From assembly GCF_000372725.1 (NCBI RefSeq), contig NW_005201732.1, forward strand, positions 186,001-250,000: a stretch of 64,000 nt of DNA, given 5' to 3'. Source of the DNA: Emiliania huxleyi CCMP1516 (Eukaryota). This document shows positions 45,801 to 57,918 of this stretch, one piece after another. Each line of letters begins with the position of its first letter. Positions within the stretch are counted from its first letter, which is position 1. Position numbers and translations under genes: made by a program. The notes below the pieces were generated by a model. That model was given only the letters and a program-made list of their open reading frames with translations, searched no databases and was not told the DNA's origin.

Positions 45801-48134
45801 ATGTCGCTTCGCACAGCGTGGGACGCGTTCGTCTCTGCTAACACCGTGCAGGACGCCATAAGTTCCCACGATCACCTTACCAAGGAGTGCGGTGTTGGCT
45901 CTGCCGACTTCGCTGCACTGCACAAGGCGCTCTCTGCGAGCAGCATTCCCTACCGCTCAAAACAGCTCATCAATCTGCTACTCGAGAGCAACGCTCGTCG
46001 CCCGTGCGCCGAGAACCCACTCGATGTCGTGGTTTCTGGCGCTGGGCCCTGCGGCCTGCGGGGGGCGGTCGAGCTCGCGATGTGCGGACACCGCGTCACG
46101 GTGCTCGAGAAACGTGTGGACTTCTCGCGAGTCAATATCCTGATGCTGTGGAAGCAAACCGCGAACGACCTCCTCAGTTTAGGAGCCAAGGCCTACTTTC
46201 CTACCTTCAACGACAAGGCCGACATTATCCATATGGGCACCCGCTCCATTCAGCTCACGCTGCTAAAGAACGCCCTCCTCATGGGCGTATCCTTCTCATA
46301 TGGCGCCGAGCTGGTTGCTGTCCAGGCACCTGCGACGTCGAGCGGGAAGTGGCGAGCATTGGGAAAGCCTGCCGGAATCCCTGCCGCGGCGCACGCCGCA
46401 GGCGCCGTCGGCTTCAAGCAGTGCAAGTTGGGCGCGTACGAGCGGGAAAAGCACGAGGGAAGGTGCTTGTAGTAGTTTGACGAAGGGGTGTGTATCCGCA
46501 TCTAGGAGCTTGCAGTTGGAACCAGGGAGATGTATTCCGCATCTAGGAGCTTGCAGTTGGAACCAGGGAGATATATTCCGCATCTCGGTGTTTGCAGTTG
46601 GAACCAGGGAGATGAACCCCGCATCTAGGTGCAACATGACACAACGCAACTCGTTGGACGCGACATTCGCCCTCTCGGCTGACGTGACGTTGCCAGGCGG
46701 CCTGGTATTCCTGCCCTTTGACGCGCTGCTCATTGCAGAAGGCGAGTGGAGCAACAGCTGCAACCGGCTGGGCATCGACAAGGCCGTCAACGTCTTCTCC
46801 CAGGCCATCGGACTGATCATCAATATGAACTACGACGCGAAGGACGCTGCAGAGAGACAGCTGCGGGATCGCGTCGTGCGACCCAACGATGACGGCGAGC
46901 ACAAGAGGATCGTTGACGATCTAAAGAAGGCGGGCGTCGACTTTGAATTCATCGAGTACCTCAAGGGTGAGACGCACTACATCGTCGTCACGATCACCAA
47001 GGCGTCGCTGCTGGGTCTGGGCGCGCTCCAGGCCGACCTACCACGCGAGCGCCTGCTCGAGAGGAGCAACGTGGACGAGGAGAAGCTGCTCGGCGCGGCC
47101 CGCACCGTCGCCACTATCTTTGGCCTCCCTGCCGAGAGCTCCTTTTGCGACTTCCACCCCGTGAAGCTCTTTGACTTTAGCTCGCGCGCCAAGGCGCTAT
47201 GCGGCTACAAGGTCCTCGGCGTCTGCACCGGCGGCTCTCAGCAGGGACAGGTGTGTGTGCCTGCAATCACCCGCCGTGCGGAGGCTCTAGTTGACTTAGG
47301 AGGTGGAGGTGCAATTGCCTCCGCCGCTTCGCGAAGAGCATCGCCCCACCCCTCCTCAGGTTTCGAGTCTCGACATCGAGGCGCACGATGAGCTTGGAAT
47401 CGCAGAGGCGGCCTATTTTGAGCGAGCCCTGCCGGAGCTGCGCGCGACCGCGATGGAGCTGCAGGAGGCGACCGACGACGACGGCAGGAGTCGGCTCACC
47501 GAGCGCACGCGTCTGGCCAAGCTCGAGCGACTGCACCAGGCGCGTGCGGACATTGCGGCGCTGGAGGAGGCCCAGCGCGCCTTCAAGGAGCGCGTGGAAA
47601 TCAAGAGAGGCCTCACCTCGCTGGTTCCCGTATTTCCCGTGGGCGATTCGCTGCTCGAGCCGTTCTGGCCGCAAGGGCTCGGCTCGAATCGCGGGTTCCA
47701 CTCCGCGCTCGATGCTGCTTGGGCGGTGCACGTGCTGTCTGTGCAGGGTCTGCAGGCTTCGCTCCTCGAGCGGAATTTTGCTTACGACCTGATGATGCAG
47801 ATGAACTGGTTTAGCAAGTAAACAAAGCACGAGGACGGGGGCATAGCTCGCTCTCCGCTCTGAGTCGATGTGTGACGCACCTAGGTACATCAAGAAGGGT
47901 GAGGCGTGGCGCACGGACCCCCTCTACCGCTACAGCCACTCGCAGATCCTCGAGACTATTGGGCAGTACACGGACCCTCTTGCCAAGCGGCTATACCGGG
48001 GAACGGATGCCGTCCCAGCTCGCATAGCGAGTGCGGGGCTGAAGAATGACGTGAACATGCTGGTGGGAGGAGCCGATTGCGGCGAGTACGACCCGCCTGC
48101 GGGGCTGGTTGATCTGATTAGTATGAAAATCTAG
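45801..48134 (+). CDS. MICAL-type flavoprotein monooxygenase (stand-alone MO domain), about 4 exons
   Basis: GAGPCGLRGAVEL, EKRVDFSRVNILMLW, IQLTLLKNALLMGV, YLKGETHY, FDFS and VGDSLLEPFWPQGLGSNRGFHSALDA. Introns at about 46463-46628, 47251-47360 and 47818-47884. Confidence 0.85.
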
Positions 48135-48411
48135 GACGAGCCAAAACTCTCGAAACAAAACACTCAGCGTGAGCGAGCGGACACGCAGCCCCACCGCCGC
48201 GCACCGCACGAGGTGTGATGGGAGATACGGAGATTGCGGCGAGAGCCGAGACCGAACCGTACTCTCATTGACGCACATGTCTCATACTGAGCTCTGTCCT
48301 CTGAGCCACTGAGGCGGCACGCCGATACACAGCATTTGAACAGGTGAGGATCCAGGCAAAATTCTTTTTCTCAGACCAAGCGTCACCCCACACGCAACCG
48401 GGCAGAACGAT

Positions 48412-49023
48412 ATGCCGCACGTCACACTCCGTCTCGAGGTCGCCTCCGCCGCTGCACCGCTCAGCCACACCACTCCACCCGCGCCCAAGATCAGCTCGTC
48501 GGCACCTCCGCACGTTGACTTGCTGCGGATCTGGCTGCTCGTTCTCGGCGTCTTCCTGTGTACTGTCAGCCTGGCGGCTGCCGATGGCGCGCGAATTCCG
48601 CAGCCAGAGGCACAGGTCGCGCCGCGGCTCGCGCTGCCGCTCTGGCTCGCGCGTCGAGCCAAGCCGCCTCCCCCTCCGCCGCCGCTGCCGCCGCCCGAAC
48701 GCGCGTCGAGTGCCGTCGGCCTGACTGGCGCGCTGCTGCTGCTAGTGGGCGCTCGAGCTCCGAAATCCACACGCCGCCAGGTGGCCCTGGTGCTGGTGGT
48801 GTGGGGCACGCTGCACGCTGTCTTGGCGGCGCGGTTCTCCGCCGACGACGCCCACGCCTCTGGCCGGCTCCGCTTCCACTACAGCGTCGCTCTGATCTCG
48901 GCTGCGTGCTTGCACATCGCTGGAGGCAGCGTGGCCGACGAAGCAGCGGGCGAGCCGCCAACCCCTGCGGAGGCGTGGGAGCAGGAGCTCCGCGGATCGG
49001 AGCACAGATATGGGCGCTCGTGA
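48412..49023 (+). CDS. Hypothetical membrane protein
   Basis: 203-aa ORF with several hydrophobic segments. No family recognised. Confidence 0.4.
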   Translation: MPHVTLRLEVASAAAPLSHTTPPAPKISSSAPPHVDLLRIWLLVLGVFLCTVSLAAADGARIPQPEAQVAPRLALPLWLARRAKPPPPPPPLPPPERASSAVGLTGALLLLVGARAPKSTRRQVALVLVVWGTLHAVLAARFSADDAHASGRLRFHYSVALISAACLHIAGGSVADEAAGEPPTPAEAWEQELRGSEHRYGRS

Positions 49024-49180
49024 CGCCGGCGCGAGAGGCCCGTGAACCGTCGTCCTACGGTTGGTGTATCTCGGTCTCTCCACGGTCGGCATCGGCCGGC
49101 GCGCTGACGCTCGTGTGTGTGCTACACGTGGGCCTGCGGGTTTCTTTCAGTGTGAAACCACAATCCAAGAATCCTCCTGA

Positions 49181-50146
49181 ATGGCTCGCACTAACGCTGG
49201 CATGCGCGTTCGGATCGCGGCTCTCGAGGCTGCCGCCGCCAATGTCAAGCCCTTGGCGCGGGCGCGCTCGACGCTTCCATGGCGGAGCGGGTGGCCCAGG
49301 TGGGCTATACGATGTCGTCTTTGGAACATTCGTTCCGCCGGGCGGCAGCCGCGCGTCAGAAGATTGCGGCTGCGCGCCCCGCCGACGACGCCGTCCTAGG
49401 CGGCGCGGTCATGTTGGAGCTTGACGCGCTGGAGCATGTTCTGTCCTACCTCCCGCCCAAGGACATGGCCGCTGCCGTATAACCGGCACTTCCAGCAGGC
49501 CGTTCGACGCGCCGCGCCGGCGCGGGCGGCAGCCCTCGGCTTCGAGCTCGCCGAGAGAGAGAAGCTGACTCTGGAGCTGCTCTCGCGGATGGAGCGCGAG
49601 AAGAGGGAAGCGCCAGGCCTGCTCCAGCATGCCGACCTCTCTTCCCTCACCCGGCTGGGGTCGTTTCACTTCTCTGTGCTGCGCCCGCTCCTCGATGACG
49701 AGAAGCTGCTCAAAGAGGTTGTCAACAATAAGCCGACAAAACGCGCATGGGCTGCCTGGCTGGTGGTCGTCCATGCAAACCCAGCACCTTCGTGGGCTGC
49801 TCGCAACAAGTCAATCATCGAGGCCGGCCTGCAGGCGACAGGCACCTTGGTTGCCGCTGTCATCACAAAAAGCCCGCCTCAATCGCCGAGGAGCACGTCG
49901 ATAGCCTCGGCGCGGCTCTGTCGGTGCTCCTCGCAGGGCTCGCAGGCTCTTACTACTTACTCGTCTGTGCTGGAGCGAGTTCTGGGGCTGCTTGCAAAGA
50001 TGCGCCCTCAGACCCTCGCGCGAATCCGCGCTGGGCTCGACGCTTGCCGCCGCGACTGCGTGGGGAAGGACGACGACCGTTTTGCCACCGCCGCGAGACT
50101 GGCGCGCGAGCTTGTCAACAGGGCAGACTCTGTGGCCCCGCAGTAG
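49181..50146 (+). pseudogene. F-box-like protein with frameshift (pseudogene or sequence error)
   Basis: LELDALEHVLSYLPPKDMAAAV* continues in a shifted frame as NRHFQQAV, completing an F-box-like motif, followed by a helical ORF to 50146. Confidence 0.45.
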
Positions 50147-50410
50147 GCCGCCCACGTGGAGGCCTGAGTCGAGCGCGTCGTAGTGGTGTTTCGACCCCGA
50201 CGGGTCGACCTGGGTGGCTGAGTCCTGTGATTTGGTGTATTGTGTGCGTCGCACGGGCGCCAGAATTCTTTTTCCGACGACGGCTGAAGGGTTCTAGTAG
50301 AAGCCGTCGTCCACGCTTTGCCTGTTGTGTGAATCGTGCGTGTGCGAGCCGGCGGTTTTTGTTTTTCGCAGTGCCAAAAGGAATTCTTTATCCACGTGGC
50401 CGCAGCAAAT

Positions 50411-52627
50411 ATGCCGCGACTGCTCCACGTTTGGCTCCTCGCGCTTGCCAGCCTGCTCGCACCTTGCCCTGCAGACGAGCTGCCGCCGGTCGAGGCCATC
50501 GAAGCGTGGGCGCATGAGCAGGGCTTGCTGAGCCGCTCGCTGCGGCTCTCGGACAGCACCGAGACGGGAGTTGGTGTGGTTGCTGCCGCCGACATACCCG
50601 CGGGCGCACTGCTGGTGCGATCGCCTGCTCCGCTGTGCGTGACGGCGGCCCGGGCACGGGCAGACCCGGGTGTGGGTCCGCTGCTGCTGCGGGCTGAAGC
50701 CACTGGCCCGGCGGTCGACGACAACGTCGCGATGGCCGCCTTCTTGATGCGTGCAGTGGATGTGCCGCCGCCAGAGCTTGCGCCGTGGATCCGCGCGCTA
50801 CCCGCCTCGTTCGACCTGCCTCTCACCTGGTCCGAGCCAGAGCTGCTGCAGCTGCAGGCCTCGCCCGCCAGGCTGAGAGCTGAGGCGCTGCGGCGCTGGT
50901 CGAGGGCCGAGTACGCGAGGATCTTTGGTGCGTGGAGTGAGCCGCTGGACTTCGAGGGCAGCCTTTCGCGCTGGACGTGGGCGCTGTCCGCGGTCTGGTC
51001 TCGCTCCTTCATGCTCGGCGCGGTCGAGGGGAGCTGGCGAGTCCTCGCGCCAGTCGCAGACCTCCTCAACCACGCCTCGCACGTTGAGGGAGCGGGCGAG
51101 GCGGAGCAGGGGTCGGAGCAGGGGCTGGAGCTGGGCCGGTCCACGCCACCCGCCGCGAAGATGGAGCTGCACGCGCGGGGCGACTCGCCGCGGCACTGGC
51201 ACTCGGCGGCGGGGGCGGCGGGGGCAGGGGGCGAGTCTTACGAGTCGCTGCCTCTGTCGGACGAGGCCTTGACTCTGGTGGCGACGAGGGAGGTGTCTGC
51301 GGGCGAGGAGGTGCATATCCTCCTTCTTCAGCTCCGAGATGAGCGAGATCGAGCCGAGATTGAGCCGAGATGACCAGAGACGACCCGAGACGACCCGAGA
51401 TTGAGCATAGCTGCCCCGAGATGCCCCGAGATGTCACGAGATCGCCTCCCCGAGGTGCTGCTCGACTACGGCCCTCGCTCCTTTAATTCATTTAATTATT
51501 TAATGTATTTAATTAATTGTATTACCAGGTGCTGCTCGACTACGGCCCTCGCTGCTTTAATTCATTTAATTATTTAGTGTATTTAATTAATTGTATTACC
51601 AGGTGCTGCTCGACTACGGCCCTCGCTCCAACGCGCAGCTCCTCAACACACACGGCTTCGCCCTCCCGACGACGGCGCAAGAGCCTCCCGCGCCCAGCTC
51701 GGAGTTGGGCGAGAGACTCGACAGTCCGCGGGTCGCCGGCTAGGCGCACGAGCAGCTCCAGCTCGAGCTACGCCCGCCTGCCGACGACCCGCTCGCGCCG
51801 CTCAAGGTCCGCATCCTCGAGGCCGGCAACCTGACCTCCCCGTACTCGCTTGGCCGCTCCTCCCTCTCCTCCGACTCGGACCTGCTCGTCGCCCTGCGCG
51901 TGCTCGCTGCGACGCGCGACGAGCTCGCCGGCTCCTCCGCCAGCGGGAGGAAGAGGCTTGTCCGCCGGCTCTCCTTGAGCCTTCTCGGGCCTTGCCTAGG
52001 CTCCGAGCAGACGGGCGACAAGGGGCGCGGCTACGCGAGGGCGTTCGAGGGGTCGCCCATCTCGCAAGGGAACGAGCTGCGCTGGCAGGAGATGCTCGCG
52101 CGCCGGCTGAGGCCCCTGCTCGAGGAGCGGGAGGCTAGATGCGGAATGAGAAGCGGTCTCCATGCGACGCGGGTCCATGCACTCGAGCGCTGCGACGCGC
52201 ATCATCCGAGTGTACTCGACTGTGCGCACGCCGTATCCCCCTGCACCAGCAGCCCGTGCCTTCACACGCATAGGCGTTGGGTGCATTCACGCGTAGGAGC
52301 GGGGCGCCCTCCCCACCACCCCAGCTCACCCGAGGTTGCACCGAGGGGTAGGAGCGGGAGGCCCTCTCCACCGGCCTGGAGGACGCCGCCCTCCTCGGCG
52401 CGAGCGACGCAGCGCGGCTCGGGGCGCCGCTGGCGGCTGGCGCTGCTCAAAGAAGCCGCGGCCATCTCGAGCTTGGCTCGCGCCGTCGGCTGGCGGTGGT
52501 GACGCGCGCCAGCGAGAAGCTGATGCTGCGGCAGCTGCTCGCCGAGCTGGAGGGGAGGAGGAGGGCCTCCGACCGCGCGCTCGCCGCGGCCAGGGCAGCC
52601 TTGGTAGCCGACAAGAGTGAGCTCTGA
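50411..52627 (+). CDS. SET-domain lysine methyltransferase (RuBisCO-LSMT/SETD3-like) with signal peptide and C-terminal KSEL
   Basis: GVGVVAAADIPAG, WALSAVWSRSF, LAPVADLLNH and ATREVSAGEE|VLLDYGPRSNAQLLNTHGF. The last exon ends ADKSEL*. Confidence 0.8.
51453..51630. repeat. Intronic 74-bp tandem repeat (acceptor + exon start + AT-rich spacer)
   Basis: AGGTGCTGCTCGACTACGGCCCTCGCT at 51453, 51527 and 51601, separated by TTTAATTCATTTAATTATTTA.TGTATTTAATTAATTGTATTACC. Confidence 0.9.
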
Positions 52628-52883
52628 CCTCACACGCGGTACACATGTGCTCATGCAGTACGTGGCACATCCGTGTCAGAGGGCTCGCTGTGAGCACATG
52701 GTTGTGAGAGAGCATCCCGCCCGTTTGTTCTCTCTTGGGAGCTGTGTGTGTGTGTGCGCCGCGGGTCGAGATCCGGTCACCGTGACGCGGTGCGCGGTCT
52801 GACTCTAGTTTGTCAGCATACCCCGTGCGCGGACGACGAAACACTCTCTCATACATGATTGTACTTTCAAGCGCCACAAGCGG

Positions 52884-53732
52884 TCAAGCAGGCGGCTGGG
52901 CCGCGGCCCGCAGATGGTCCAGCAAGTTGACCGCGACGACGGTGCAGGCACCGCCCTCGTCGATGTCTACAATATTGACTGCCGTGTTGCCCTGCGCCAC
53001 TTGCGAGGCACGCGAGACGTCTCCCCGCAGCGCCGCGAGCAAGATCTTGTTGAAGCGCCCGTGTGCCACGAGGCAGACGTGCCTCGGGCACGACGGCACA
53101 CCCGCACCTCCAGCGGCGGCGGCGAGGGGCGGTAGCGCTCCCAGCTCTCGCAGCCCCTTCAGCGCGCGCGCCGCAACCTCCTCCGGCGACTCGCCGCCGC
53201 CTGGCAGGCGCACGCTCGTGCGGCCCGCCTCCCACTCGGCCAGCCGCGCCTCATACTCCTCGCGGCGCGGCGAGCCGCCGCGCAGCTCCTCTCCCTCGAG
53301 CGAGCCAAAGTTCATCTCGTTGAAGCTCGCGTCGACCAGCCGCCTCGCTCCCGGGTGCAGCGCGGCGACCGCGTCCGCCGTCGAAGACGCTCGTCCGAGC
53401 GCGGACGATGCCACCAGGCCGATCGGGACGTCGGCCAGGATCGCCGCGAGCGCCGCCGCCTGTCTGCGGCCGTTTGGGTTCAGAGGAATGTCCGTCATGC
53501 CCTGAACGCGCCCGGCGACGTTCCAGTCCGTCTCGCCATGGCGACAGAGGTACAGGCGGCGCGAGCCGGGCGCCAGTTCCGGCACCGCGAGCCGGTGAGG
53601 GTCGCCGTCGCCGCTGCTCCGCCTCGCGCCGCCGGCCGTCGTCGTGAACTCGGCTGCTCGCGCACGAGGGAGAAGGCCCTGAGGCAAGGTGAGGACGGCC
53701 AGCGAGCGGGCTAGGACCGCGCGGCGCGACAT
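52884..53732 (-). CDS. Histidine phosphatase / phosphoglycerate mutase family protein
   Basis: LYLCRHGETDWN, SALGRA, FNEMNFGSLEG, PGGGES and LVAHG. N-terminal twin-arginine-like SRRAVL...ARA. Confidence 0.9.
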   Translation of the reverse strand: MSRRAVLARSLAVLTLPQGLLPRARAAEFTTTAGGARRSSGDGDPHRLAVPELAPGSRRLYLCRHGETDWNVAGRVQGMTDIPLNPNGRRQAAALAAILADVPIGLVASSALGRASSTADAVAALHPGARRLVDASFNEMNFGSLEGEELRGGSPRREEYEARLAEWEAGRTSVRLPGGGESPEEVAARALKGLRELGALPPLAAAAGGAGVPSCPRHVCLVAHGRFNKILLAALRGDVSRASQVAQGNTAVNIVDIDEGGACTVVAVNLLDHLRAAAQPPA

Positions 53733-53982
53733 ACACCACGCCGCAAGGTTCTTTTTGTGTGCGAGCTGCGCGGTTTCTTCTTCTTCCTCTCGCCGCGAAC
53801 TACGTTCCGGCTCCTACCCCCCCCCCCCCCCTACCCATTAAGCGGCGCGCGGGCGACATACACCACACCGCTTAATGGCGTTCTTTTGCCTCGGTTTTCT
53901 TAATCTTCCTCCCTCCGCGCGCGGGCTTGATTGTCATCTCGGCCAGTCTCGGCAGCGCTCAGCGCCATTTGCAATAGGAACC

Positions 53983-54321
53983 ATGACGGTGGCTCTCCTC
54001 GCGCTGGGAGTCACGATTGGCTCAAAGCCGGTGGTCGACTACTCGTCCTCCGCCTCCTGCCGCCGGCTTCAGAAGCCGGAGAAGCAGGCGATCGCGACGC
54101 CGTTCGAACAGCCCAAGGTTGACGAGGTCGCTTCGGAGCTCCAGAACTGGTTCTCGTGCGCGGAGCCCGTGGATGACGTTGACATGACCTGCTTCCTCGC
54201 GCCCGACTGGATGGTGGAGGAGGGCATCGGCGACGACAAGTACGTATGCTCGGACACGCCGGCGCTCGCCGCTGCCTTCCTCGGTGACAATGGCGCGCTC
54301 TCTCCCGACGACAGCTACTAG
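53983..54321 (+). CDS. Small hypothetical protein with hydrophobic N-terminus
   Basis: Protein-like ORF with a Cys/Trp motif (WFSC..MTCFLAPDW..YVC). Confidence 0.5.
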   Translation: MTVALLALGVTIGSKPVVDYSSSASCRRLQKPEKQAIATPFEQPKVDEVASELQNWFSCAEPVDDVDMTCFLAPDWMVEEGIGDDKYVCSDTPALAAAFLGDNGALSPDDSY

Positions 54322-54714
54322 GCTGCTGGCCTGCATGGGCCTCGCCGTCCAGCGGGTATGATTCGATCTCCCGCAGGGCGCTGTGCTTGTGCCATAGCGT
54401 GCGTCGCGTGACGCACGGGCCGATGCTCGGATGTTAGCGCGCGCGAGAGAGCGGAGTGTGGTGATTGGCCATGGCGAGCGCGTCTCGTCCGAGACGTTCC
54501 GAGAGAGAGAGCGCGGGCGCGGCGTCGGGTCTCAGCGCGAGTCGCTCGCGACGAAGGGACTCGATATTAGCCGATTCTACCCAAAATAATCGAGAACCAG
54601 AACGACGCGCCTCCGGCGGGGGCCCTCCGCCTGCCGCCTGGCGCCTGCGGCTGCGCTCGTGAGTCGTGTCTGCTCTGTCATAGCTCATAGCAGTGTCATA
54701 GACCTAGGGGCGTG

Positions 54715-55800
54715 TCAGCACTCCATGCACTGATACGCCCATGGCCGCTCCTCGAGAAAACGGTCGAGCACCTGCGGGCGGTGCGGACGTGTGCGCGGGC
54801 CGGTGGCGGCGGCGGTACGGGCGGCGGCGGTGCGGGCGGCGGCGTCGCCTCTCTCAGCGCGAGATTCGGGACGACGGAACTCATCGAGAGGGGCTTGCCC
54901 GAGACGGGGTCGCAGCCTACGGCGGTGAGTCGGCTGCGTTCGCCGCAGGGAACACACGCGCTGCGATACGTCTTGAACGCTGTCGAGAAGCTTGCCGTGA
55001 GCAGCTGCTCGCGTACCTGTTGTCTGTCCGCATCTAGGCTTCGCCGCCAGAGGACCCGCGCGCCTCGAGGTGGCGCTGCAGGCAGGCGCGGTCGTAGGTG
55101 ATGCCTGCGGGGCGGCGGGGTGGACGCGTCGCGGGCGTGGCCTTTGCTTGGTCGGGAGGCGGCGGCTCGCTGCGCGTGCACCGCACGGCGTGATGACGGG
55201 GTCGAGCAGCAAGTCCATGCAGATCTGGCAGGTGAGGTAGTCGGGCAGGCTCTGCCGCGGGAGGCCGTGCGTCTCCTCGAGCCAGCCCACCGCGCGCGTG
55301 GCCGTCTCGACCACCGCCGCCCGCTCCTCCTCGCTGCCGAGGGACTGCCCCAGCGACGGCAGCTCGCGGCGGAGCGCCTTGATGGCGCGCCCGCCGGCGG
55401 GCGCCGCAGCCTCCCAGGCGCGCTTCCGAGCGCCGAGCAGAGCGGAGCGGATGTCGTCCTTGAAGGGGACGGTCTCCTCTTTGCACAGCGCGTGAGCGGT
55501 CGCCAGCGCCTCGATCCCCGACTGCCACTCCCCGAGCTCGACGTGCGCTCGGCCGAGGAAGTAGTGCGCCTTGATCCGCTCGCGCGTCGCCACGCTGCCC
55601 AGCGCCAACGCTGACGCGCAGTCGTCCGCCGCCGCGCGCCACGCGCCGCGCTTCATGTGGGCGTTGGCGCGATTCGTGTAGTAGACTGGCCGAGGACTCA
55701 GGCTGATGGCCTCGGTGTACGCCTCGACGGCCGCAGCGTACTTGCCCTTGGCGAAGGCCCTGTTGCCGAGCGTCTTTGCGTCCTCGGCGGAGGAGGACAT
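54715..55800 (-). CDS. STUB1: CHIP/STUB1-like TPR + U-box E3 ubiquitin ligase (multi-exon)
   Basis: TPRs (KTLGNRAFAKGKYAAAVEAYTEAI..YYTNRA) and a U-box LPDYLTCQICMDLLLDPVITPC/GITYDR/DPVSG..VVPNLALRE split by introns. Confidence 0.85.
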   Translation of the reverse strand: MSSSAEDAKTLGNRAFAKGKYAAAVEAYTEAISLSPRPVYYTNRANAHMKRGAWRAAADDCASALALGSVATRERIKAHYFLGRAHVELGEWQSGIEALATAHALCKEETVPFKDDIRSALLGARKRAWEAAAPAGGRAIKALRRELPSLGQSLGSEEERAAVVETATRAVGWLEETHGLPRQSLPDYLTCQICMDLLLDPVITPCGARAASRRLPTKQRPRPRRVHPAAPQASPTTAPACSATSRRAGPLAAKPRCGQTTGTRAAAHGKLLDSVQDVSQRVCSLRRTQPTHRRRLRPRLGQAPLDEFRRPESRAERGDAAARTAAARTAAATGPRTRPHRPQVLDRFLEERPWAYQCMEC

Positions 55801-56034
55801 CCTGATCGCGGTCCCGACGTCCTGCCGCCACGCCGCGTGTTAAGGTAATTAGCCGAGCTGGCGCCGCGTTCGTGCTTGGTACGACTGTGTAGGCCGCAAG
55901 CAAAAGGAAGAAAAACCTGCGGGGCTGTTCGTAAGAGCTAGAGACACTAAAGAAAGAAACATGTCAAGCGTCCAAGAACCTACCAGCCAAAAAATCAGCA
56001 GTCCTCCTCCGGGACAGGAGGCGTCACTAACTCG

Positions 56035-56035
<1 letters not shown>

Positions 56036-56127
<92 letters not shown>
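56036..56127. repeat. (CT)n microsatellite, ~90 bp
   Basis: Direct reading. Confidence 0.98.
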
Positions 56128-56132
<5 letters not shown>

Positions 56133-56927
56133 ACTCGTGTGAAGAGCACAGATGATGTAGTGAGTGAGTTGTCCCGGGCCCTGCGGGGAACTAAGTCGAC
56201 GCAAGTTAGTCTGTGAGCTGGACGAGGGCTAGTTGGTGCGCGCGAGGCGGGTCAAGTGGTGAAGTGCTCCCGGGAGTCGTGGTCGGAGGCCGGGACACTA
56301 CGCGCACTAACTTAGTGCGCGGAAGTGAGTACCTCCGGCCGGCCGCGAGGGGAGTGGTCCGGCGGGCCGCTCGTACCACTCCGGGATGGGCACCCCATTG
56401 TCTGATGCATCTGATTAATTTTGTCAAAATTCCTGTTGTGCAAGAGGGGAGAGGGCTCTGACGGAGTGCGTGGCGGGAGAGAGGGCAGGGAATGGGCGCG
56501 GGGGAGGGGGGGGGGGGGGGCTCAGCCGCGCAAAAAGCATCAATTAATAATATTAATGACGAAATATTGCTCGGCCGTTCATGAAGTCCGTCCTTAGGCG
56601 CACTAACTTAGTGCGCGGAAGTGAATGCCTCCCCCGCCACCCAGAGAGAGAGCCAGTAAGAGATCTTGTCTCCAGTAAGTAAAGCTAAAAGTACACACAA
56701 CACTGAGAGAGAGAGAGACGCAAGCTCTCTCAACCCACAATCTCGCACAATCTCTCGAACGGCAGTGATGACTGCCCCACCTCCTCTCCGAAGATTCATT
56801 CACCGGCTTCTCCGACTGCGCTGAGTGGTGCTGGTGGGCCCCCAAGGGCTTTATAGAAAGCGCGCCTCCCTCTCCCTTTCCTCCCAGTAAGCTAAAAGTA
56901 CACTGTCACTGAAAATACGTAAGAGCA

Positions 56928-57918
56928 CTGAGCCCTGGCTGTCAGGCTGTCAGGTGCTGTCAGGTGATCTGTCGGGCTGTCGGGCAGCTGTCAGGCATTG
57001 TCAGGTGCCTCTGTCAGACCAGCTGTCAGGTGCTGTCAGTGCTGTCGGGTGCTGTCGGGTGCGTGTCTGACAGTCGAGGTGCTCTGTAGCTGTCGGGTGC
57101 TGTCGGAGCTGTCGGGTGTTGCTGTCAGACGCTGTCGGAGCTGTCAGAGCTGTCAGGCTGCTGCTGCTGTCAGACGTTGGGCTGTTGCTGTCAGGTGCTG
57201 TCAGGTGGTGCTGTCGGGGTGCTGTTAGGCTCTGACACACACCAGCCACACTTATGACACTATCAAGAGGAGACCAGCAGGACTCTACTACACATACTCT
57301 CAGCCTCTCCTCCTACACGGCGTGATCACGCCGGCGGCGGCGGCCGCCTGGGGAGCGCATATGGCGGCGCAGGCGCAGGCGGCGGCGGCGGCACAGACGG
57401 CGGCGGCCACCCCCACCCAGACGCCGTAGGCATATGACTGTAGGGCCCCAGAAGGCTAGCTGGTAGCTTCATTTGTAGTAGCACAGCCGCCGGTGCTAGA
57501 GAGGGGTCCCCGCAGACGCGCAGAGGTGTGGGACGGAAGGGTTGAGAGAGAGACCCATGACCATCCCATGACTACATGGACCACACTCACATGTCTTTGC
57601 ATGTAATAGTTTTGTTATACCCTCATGGGGCACAAGAAAGAGGCTCTACGGGGTCTGACTGTGTACGGTCTGTGCTGCTGTCGGGCTGTCAGCGCTGCTG
57701 TCAGGCCACTGTGTGCTGTCGGGCTGTCGGGCAGCTGTCAGGCTGTCACGTTAGGGCCTGACAGCGACGGAGCACCTCGACTGTCAGACTCTGCTGTCAG
57801 GCTGTCAGATACGTGTGCTGTCAGACTGTCGGAGAAAGTGCTGTCGGCGCTGTCAGGCTGTCGGGCACTGTCAGGCGCTGTCCGGGGTTTGCTGTCAGGC
57901 GGTCAGACCAGGGCTCAG
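56928..57918. mobile_element. hAT-like non-autonomous element with CTGTCAG subterminal arrays (991 bp)
   Basis: TIR CTGAGCCCTGG ... CCAGGGCTCAG and a perfect 8-bp TSD TAAGAGCA (56920-56927 and 57919-57926). Confidence 0.88.

Noticed and set aside
53720..53872. Duplicated GCGACATACACCAC around the phosphatase start
   Set aside because: It is a short local duplication, possibly an intron-junction repeat, and the evidence is insufficient to call it.
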